Under the pieces are notes generated by a model. That model saw only the letters and a list, made by a program, of their open reading frames with translations. It ran no database searches and was not told the origin of the DNA. Shown here in pieces: positions 51,899 through 58,381 of a DNA stretch of 64,000 nt. A program made the translations under genes and the position numbers. Where the stretch lies: positions 235,446 to 299,445 of the forward strand of contig JBKBPM010000001.1 in assembly GCA_046293175.1 (NCBI GenBank), read 5' to 3'. The number at the start of each line of letters is the position of its first letter. The stretch's first letter is position 1. Source of the stretch: Minisyncoccia bacterium. GTDB taxonomy: Bacteria; Patescibacteriota; Minisyncoccia; Phycocordibacterales; UBA918.

Positions 51899-52639
51899 CT
51901 AGTAATACCGCGGGGTTCCCTCTTTCTCGAGTTCAATTTCAATATCATCAAACCGTCCGAGCTGCTTCACGAGCACATTCCCCTGCTTCACGAGTTCAAG
52001 AATCGCCAAAAATCCCACAATCACCGTCTTATGTTCTGTTGCCTCTTTGCGGATATCGGAGAACTTGGCCTTTAGCTGTGTTTCAATGCGGCGCTGGAGG
52101 CTTGCCATCATGTCTTCAAGACTGATTGAGGCTTTGACCTGTACCTTCGGCTTCACTTCCTTCTTTGGGAGATTCTGAAGGACATTCCACATCGCGGTAT
52201 GGAGTTCCCCGATGGTGCACCAGGTATCGGGTATAAAAAGCGGATTCTTTGGAGCCACAAACCGGCGACTATACATAATCTGTTTCCCGAACTGAGCGGC
52301 GAGCACCTGCCCGGCATCACGGTAGATTTGGTATTGGCGCAGCCGTTCCTCAAGGTCATCGATGGTTGCCTCTTCTTCTTTAGTGAGTTCAAGGACCGGC
52401 AGCAAGGACTTTGATTTGATAAGGAGGAGAGTGGCCGCCAGCCCAATAAACTGGGCGGTATTAGGGAGTGATTTCTCCTGCATCTCACTCACGCGACGAA
52501 TATACTCGTCGGTGACTTCCGCCAAGGAGATATCGTTGATGAGGAGCTTTCGCTTTTCACACAGCTCAATCAGGAGTTCGAGTGGTCCCTCAAACACGTG
52601 TGTCTTGATCGAAAAATCGAGTGTGCCACCAATTGCCAT
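51899..52639 (-). CDS. scpA: Segregation and condensation protein A (ScpA, kleisin)
   Basis: FEGPLELLIELCEKRKLLINDISLAEVTDEY is the ScpA N-terminal signature. 246 aa. Confidence 0.75.
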   Translation of the reverse strand: MAIGGTLDFSIKTHVFEGPLELLIELCEKRKLLINDISLAEVTDEYIRRVSEMQEKSLPNTAQFIGLAATLLLIKSKSLLPVLELTKEEEATIDDLEERLRQYQIYRDAGQVLAAQFGKQIMYSRRFVAPKNPLFIPDTWCTIGELHTAMWNVLQNLPKKEVKPKVQVKASISLEDMMASLQRRIETQLKAKFSDIRKEATEHKTVIVGFLAILELVKQGNVLVKQLGRFDDIEIELEKEGTPRYY

Positions 52640-52688
52640 GCTTCTAGTCTAGCATATTTACTCACTGTCGTGACGGATTGTTTCTTTA

Positions 52689-53918
52689 CTAAATTACAAA
52701 TTGACCCTTCTTATAAATCACTTTACTCGTGCCATCTTCAAGGGTGGCGGTTACGGTGCGGTCAGTCGTTGAGACGATGTCGTGGTGCACCACTGACTCA
52801 TTGTAGCCAAGCTTGTCCCAAGCGGCTGCATTCTTGGGCGTGGGTCCTTTATAACACTCATGGAATGAGGTGCCGAGCGCCACATGTGTGTTTCCAAATT
52901 CCCCGCCGGTATTTTCGTCGTAAAGCGTGTCGGCCATGAACCTTGTAATCCGGGAGAGGCGTTTATCAGTTAGCGAAACTTCCCCGAGGTGGTTTCCGCC
53001 TGTGGTTTCAATAATTTGCCGAAGGAGTTTGTGATTCTTCGTGGCTTTAGACTTTACCACTACCCCTTTTTCAAACCACAATTCGATCCCCTCTATCATA
53101 TTTCCAAAAACATAGAGTGGTTGATTGAACCGAATCCAACCGTCAACCTCGCGCCAATTCGGTGAAGTAAAGACTTCAAAAGACGGGATATTGTTCCCTC
53201 CCCCCGCAAGCCAAACGCGATTACTCCCGAGACCAACGGTCATATCTACATCCTCACCAAGCCAGTGGAGACATTGTATCTTCATATCGGTAAGTCGTTT
53301 TGCGACACCCTGCACGGTATCATTTATCTTGAACCATTCCTTGGTCGGATTCTTGGTATCGAGGTAGCAAGCATTAATGATCTGCTGCCAGTAAGCCTTG
53401 AGACTCATGCCAGCTTCCTTTGCCATCGCCTCAGTCCCGTAGAGAGCGAGGGTCCAGTAGAGTTTATCGTCTTCAATTTTCTTCCACTTGTAGTCGATAC
53501 TTTTCTTTTGGGCACGACGACGTTCAAGGATTTGTTTAGCTGGTATTTTCTTTAGTCCATGCGGCAAGGTATCAGCAAAGATGCGGATAACACAGTCTGC
53601 TTGATCCACCACACCTTTCTTCGCCAGGTACGGATCAAAGGCACGTTGCAGAGGCGAGGCATGCTCATAGAAGTTACTTTCGAAGTTGTACGTCTCATCA
53701 CTACTGGGTAGGTATTCACCAAGCGGATGAAATCCATGTTTGAGGATCGCTCGTTCGAGGTAGAAGTACAGCGGGCGTGCGGCCTCAGGCACGATAAAGT
53801 GCACCACTGCCCCAGGCTTTGGTGCTTCTCCTTTACGGTTTTGGAGTCCAAATTCGACAATGAGATTAGCGTACTTTTCAAGTATAGCAGCTGGCGGGGT
53901 GTAGGATGGTTTGAACAT
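52689..53918 (-). CDS. Aminopeptidase, M29 family (AmpS/PepS-like)
   Basis: Length and motifs (..GGNHLGEVSLTD.., HVALGTSFHECY) match the thermophilic metalloprotease M29 family. The likely start is MFKPSYTP at 53918. Confidence 0.8.
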   Translation of the reverse strand: MFKPSYTPPAAILEKYANLIVEFGLQNRKGEAPKPGAVVHFIVPEAARPLYFYLERAILKHGFHPLGEYLPSSDETYNFESNFYEHASPLQRAFDPYLAKKGVVDQADCVIRIFADTLPHGLKKIPAKQILERRRAQKKSIDYKWKKIEDDKLYWTLALYGTEAMAKEAGMSLKAYWQQIINACYLDTKNPTKEWFKINDTVQGVAKRLTDMKIQCLHWLGEDVDMTVGLGSNRVWLAGGGNNIPSFEVFTSPNWREVDGWIRFNQPLYVFGNMIEGIELWFEKGVVVKSKATKNHKLLRQIIETTGGNHLGEVSLTDKRLSRITRFMADTLYDENTGGEFGNTHVALGTSFHECYKGPTPKNAAAWDKLGYNESVVHHDIVSTTDRTVTATLEDGTSKVIYKKGQFVI

Positions 53919-54062
53919 ATAGATAGCAGTATAGCAACTACATATCTCCCTGCAATATATCTCGCCATACCCCAATTGATTGGGGTATTGAGCATATTTA
54001 GTATAGATATACATAAACAAATACCCCATTTAAATGGAGTATTTTGTTTGTTGCTGTGAGGA

Positions 54063-55424
54063 CTATATATCGGCTTCGTCGCTCTGCGTTGAGCTCGTAA
54101 ATACATCAATACGATTGATGTCGCGTGGGAAGAGGGTGGCTTCCTTCACGTTATCAAGGCCGCAGAACTTTTGAGTCAGACGTTCGAGCCCCATTCCCCA
54201 TCCACCGTGTGGTGGAATACCAAAGCGGAAGGCCTGCAGGTAGAAGTGGAACTTATCTGGATCAAGCCCTTTCATCTTGATACGTTCAATAAGGTTCTTG
54301 TAGTCGTGGACACGCTGACCACCAGTGGTGATTTCAACTCCCCGGAAGAGGAGGTCAAAACTCTTCGTGAAGCCGGGATCGGCCTCATCTTCGTACGTAT
54401 AGAATGGACGTTTTGAAACTGGGTAGTGTGTGATAAAAATGTAGTCACTACCAAGCTCTTTGTTGGCATACTCACAGAGCCAGCGTTCATCTTCAGGTTC
54501 GAGATCCGGCTCACTTGTCTTATCTACGCCGGTCTTTTCCTTGATGAGTGCTTGTGCCTCGCGAAGCTTCATAAATGGAAATATCTCCCCTTCGGTTGGT
54601 ACTTTTGGAAGTTCAATACCGAGGGTGGCGAATTCAGGTGCACAGGTTGCCTCTAAGTGTGCCCGCAGGTGTCGCATGAGACCAGTGAGGATCTTCATGA
54701 GGTCGTGGTGGTCTTCAATGAACCCAACCTCGGCATCGAGTGATGTATATTCACTGAGGTGACGGGTGGTCGCACTTTTCTCAGCGCGGAAGGCAGTTGC
54801 AAAGGTAAATACTCGTTCGAGAGCGCCGACGAGAATCTGCTTGTAGAACTGGGGACTTGAAGCGAGGTAGGCGGTCGTCTCACGAAAGTACGGTACCTTA
54901 AACACCGCTGCCCCACCCTCGGCGTCGCCACCGACGAGCTTTGGGGCCTGAAATTCGGTAAAGTCTTGGCTGCGAAGAAACTCTGCGTACCCACGAGTGA
55001 TTTCACTTTGGATCTTAAAGATAGCGCGGTCACGCTTACTCTTTAGGGTTAACGGTCGATTATCAAGACGAACTTCAAGCCCATACTCACTATCAAGTTC
55101 AAGTGGTAATGATTCTGCTTTATTGAGAATGTTAATAGCGGTAATCTCGAGTTCGATATCACCATTTTGTACCTTCTTATTTACCATCTTCTCTGGACGC
55201 TCGTTTACGATGCCCATTACCATAACGGCTGATTCGTTACTCGCTTCTTTGGCAACCTCAAGCACTTCAGGTTTACCAAAGACTACTCCCTGGACGATGC
55301 CGGTGTGGTCACGAAAATCAAAGAAGGCCATTTTGCCTTGATCACGACGAACATCGACAATCGCTTTGATGGTTACGGTTTCGCCGATGTGGGTATTCAG
55401 TTCATTAATTAAGGTTCTCGTCAT
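54063..55424 (-). CDS. Class IIb aminoacyl-tRNA synthetase: asparagine--tRNA ligase or archaeal-type aspartate--tRNA ligase
   Basis: N-terminal OB-fold anticodon-binding domain. Class II motifs FRAEKSATTRHLSEYTSLDAE and GIPPHGGWGMGLERL. 453 aa. Confidence 0.85.
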   Translation of the reverse strand: MTRTLINELNTHIGETVTIKAIVDVRRDQGKMAFFDFRDHTGIVQGVVFGKPEVLEVAKEASNESAVMVMGIVNERPEKMVNKKVQNGDIELEITAINILNKAESLPLELDSEYGLEVRLDNRPLTLKSKRDRAIFKIQSEITRGYAEFLRSQDFTEFQAPKLVGGDAEGGAAVFKVPYFRETTAYLASSPQFYKQILVGALERVFTFATAFRAEKSATTRHLSEYTSLDAEVGFIEDHHDLMKILTGLMRHLRAHLEATCAPEFATLGIELPKVPTEGEIFPFMKLREAQALIKEKTGVDKTSEPDLEPEDERWLCEYANKELGSDYIFITHYPVSKRPFYTYEDEADPGFTKSFDLLFRGVEITTGGQRVHDYKNLIERIKMKGLDPDKFHFYLQAFRFGIPPHGGWGMGLERLTQKFCGLDNVKEATLFPRDINRIDVFTSSTQSDEADI

Positions 55425-55625
55425 ATAGTTTTGAGTTACGGAGAAACGAAAAATCGTCCCTCCACAAATATTAGTTAATTAATACTTGTGCAGGGGCGAT
55501 TACAATAGTAAGTATTGTATGTTCGCGGTGCCACCCTACTTTGGTCTCTTTACTACCCTCTATAACCTCGGTGGGTGTCAGCCACGTCATCAGTTTTTCT
55601 TATTTTGCCAGAATGTATGCGAATG

Positions 55626-55907
55626 TCAATTTTTGAACGGAGCAACCCTAATGATCTGTTCATCTTCATTAAAACTGATCACTATTCCTGGATGAGTTAA
55701 ATCTTCGACGATAGTGTTATATGTCGGGGTGGTAATCGGGTCGTCTTCATGCATTATAATAAGCAGACTGTGGTTGTATTCCGTAACGGCAAAGTTGTAT
55801 CCATTGTTTCCAAGTGCATAGGTGATTTTTTTGGCAGTTTCCACCACAGGCTTAAGTACGCCACTATCCTCAAAATCAGCAATCGTTGGTTTTGGTATCT
55901 TCTCCAT
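55626..55907 (-). CDS. Hypothetical protein (93 aa)
   Basis: ORF directly downstream of trpS with protein-like composition; no family. Confidence 0.4.
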   Translation of the reverse strand: MEKIPKPTIADFEDSGVLKPVVETAKKITYALGNNGYNFAVTEYNHSLLIIMHEDDPITTPTYNTIVEDLTHPGIVISFNEDEQIIRVAPFKN

Positions 55908-55909
55908 AA

Positions 55910-56851
55910 TTACAAAGTAATCCCAATCGCTTGACGGACACGAGCAAGAACAGGACCGGATACCTCTTTTGCTCGCGCTACCCCATCGGCGAGGACGGCG
56001 CGCACATCAGCATCAGTAATCTGATTGCGACGCTCACGCATTGGTGCGAGATGAGCGTCGATATCCTCAGCCAGAGCTTCTTTGAGGTTCTTGTACTTAC
56101 CTTGGTTTGCTTCGTAGAGTGGCGCCAGTTCAGCTTCAGCTTTGAAGAGTTTGTGGATAGCATAGACATGCTCTGGTCGTTCTCCACTACTATCGGTCAC
56201 AATACTCATCACTGCCTTCTGGATTTCTTCACGAGTACCAAAGAGCGGAATGGTGTTCTTGTAGCTCTTACTCATTTTGGTGCCGTCTGTACCACGTACA
56301 ATCCCTACCGCATCAAGAATCAGTGTCTCAGGTTCTTTGAGAAGCTTGGTGTTGTATGACTGATTGACCTTACGCACTGCTTCGCGGGTATACTCGAGGT
56401 GCTGGCGTTGGTCCTCTCCAACCGGCACGACATCTGTATCGTAGAGCGTGATATCAGCCGCTTGGAGCATCGGGTACGTAAAGAGTCCTGCGTTTGGTTC
56501 AATCCCTTTCGCTACCTTGTCCTTATACGCATGACCTTGCATCAAGAACGGCACGGTCACCATACAATCAAACACCCAGCCCAGTTCCATATGGTCTTGG
56601 TTGTCTGATTGGCGAAAGATCACGGCCTTCTTAGGGTCCACACCGGCTGCGAGATAGTCGCGCACTACGTTGTAGATATTCTGGCGCATCACTTCGGGAT
56701 CACGCACAGAGGTGAGCGCATGGTAGTCCGCCACCATGAGGAAGCTCTCATAGTCTTCGTACATATCAACAAAGGGCTTTAAGGCACCAAAGTAGTTCCC
56801 AATGTGTAAGTCACCCGAGGACTGCAGCCCCGTCAAAAGTCGCTTTTTCAT
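55910..56851 (-). CDS. trpS: Tryptophan--tRNA ligase
   Basis: HIGH motif (GDLHIGNYFGAL) and KMSKS; 313 aa. Confidence 0.9.
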   Translation of the reverse strand: MKKRLLTGLQSSGDLHIGNYFGALKPFVDMYEDYESFLMVADYHALTSVRDPEVMRQNIYNVVRDYLAAGVDPKKAVIFRQSDNQDHMELGWVFDCMVTVPFLMQGHAYKDKVAKGIEPNAGLFTYPMLQAADITLYDTDVVPVGEDQRQHLEYTREAVRKVNQSYNTKLLKEPETLILDAVGIVRGTDGTKMSKSYKNTIPLFGTREEIQKAVMSIVTDSSGERPEHVYAIHKLFKAEAELAPLYEANQGKYKNLKEALAEDIDAHLAPMRERRNQITDADVRAVLADGVARAKEVSGPVLARVRQAIGITL

Positions 56852-57150
56852 ATGCGCACTATATCATACGAATTTGCCCCAAAAAAGTCTCCTTGCATTT
56901 AACAAGCCCCAGTCTCACCGAAGAGTCTGGGGCGTTGTCGGAAGACTGCTTAACCTTTGGTATAAGGTCACCATGTTTGCTGGGTACGGATTCCGAAGTC
57001 GAATCCGTCGTCACTGTCGCGCGCTCAGTCCTCTTCTTCTCGGCGCTTTGTGTACGGAACTTAGCAAAGATTATAGCGAACATCTTACGAAACCTGAACA
57101 TGGCATCCCTTCCTGTACGGTGAATGTTATGAACAAATATGTATCATTTT

Positions 57151-57625
57151 TTAATTATTGTCAACCTCACTCTTAATTAGAATTTTTGTTTCTGTGTCTC
57201 GCAACGCTTGATTTATCTGATCAACGGTCAACTCCATATACGATAAATCAGGGTCGGTATAGTGACGTCCAGTTCGTATCAATCCGTCCATTAATTCCAA
57301 TACAATCACTTGCGGAGTCCGATACATTTTTCCTGTTTCTGGATCAGGGTAACTTTCAATCATCTCAATCATTACTACATTATCTCCCTCAGCAATGTTG
57401 CGAATATCATATTGTCTGCCTTTGATAGGATAAACCTCATCAAGTTCACCGTGCACATCGTCTCCAGTTTTTTGGGAAAAGCTCATCTTTTGACTTATAC
57501 ACCCAGGTCATTCGGTAGTCCTTCGCCATTTTATTAAGTGCGGCGCGAACATCACCATTTGCTTCATCTTGTAAGATATGGAGGATAGTTTGTATATTTT
57601 GTGAATGTGTCATATTAAGAGTCAT
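57151..57625 (-). pseudogene. NTF2-like / SnoaL-like protein gene split by a frameshift into two overlapping ORFs (57446-57625 and 57151-57486)
   Basis: The N-terminal piece MTLNMTHSQNIQTILHILQDEANGDVRAALNKMAKDYRMTWVY and the C-terminal piece ..VYPIKGRQYDIRNIAEGDNVVMIEMIESYPDPETGKMYRTPQVIVLELMDGLIRTGRHYTDP together make one SnoaL-like domain. They overlap by 41 nt in different frames. Confidence 0.45.
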
Positions 57626-57640
57626 TATTTCATTTTCAAG

Positions 57641-57677
57641 ACATAAAAGAAAGAGGCACCCATTGTAAGGGTGCCTC
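57641..57677 (-). terminator. Terminator GAGGCACCC-TTACAAT-GGGTGCCTC followed by TTTCTTTTAT on the minus strand
   Basis: Perfect 9-bp inverted repeat plus T-run immediately after the high-GC gene. Confidence 0.5.
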
Positions 57678-57697
57678 GAAGATCGCACGAGGCGACG

Positions 57698-58381
57698 TTA
57701 TGCGGCGCGAACGCCGCGAGCGAAGTCGAGCAGCGAGCCGCTGTTGTTGTGGCGATACCAGACCTCGGTCGAGATCATGCTCGAAGCCAGGAACTCCTGC
57801 TGGAAGTCGGCCCAGGCAGTGTAGACGCGGGCGAACTCGGCCTTGAAGTTCAAGGCGCGGTTCTCCTCCAGTTCGACGTTCAGCTTGCCGACCACGGCCG
57901 CCGGCGTCGAGTTCTGGATGCAGGTCTTCAGGTCCTTGGTCAGGCAGACGAGCTTCGCCAACGTCGCAGTATGATGATGAAGCGTCGCGACGAACCCGGA
58001 CTTCTGCATGATTGCGGCGATGTTGTTCCAGGCCGATTCGGACCGGTGCAGGCCGGCGGCGCGCATTTCGCGACCGAAAGCCAGCAGATCCATCGTCTTC
58101 ATCGGCGGCAGATCGACATACTTCTCGGTGTCCATCTGGATCGACAGAGTGTCGATGGCGCGTTGCATGCCAGCCAGGTGTTCGAGGGACTCGTCGAGGT
58201 GCGTCTAGATCGGCACGATGTCGCCGATCTTGCCGTCGAGTTCGGCCAGGATCAGGTCTTCGAGTGCGACGTTCGCCAGTTCAAGGCCGATCTGGGCCAA
58301 GCTCATGGAGCGGGACATCAGGGTCGAGTTCTGGAGATAGCGGCCGCGCGGCTGATGGTTCTTGCCACCCATTGGTGTCAT
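57698..58381 (-). CDS. Hypothetical protein encoded in a roughly 700-bp high-GC (about 63%) segment; 228-codon frame with one in-frame TAG (minus-strand codon 59, nt 58205-58207)
   Basis: Hand translation gives MGGKNHQPRGRYLQNSTLMSRSMSLAQIGLELANVALEDLILAELDGKIGDIVPI-TAG-THLDESLEHLAGMQRAIDTLS..FARGVRAA in a single frame. The plus-strand ORFs here are R/A/G-rich antisense shadows. No family recognized. Confidence 0.45.
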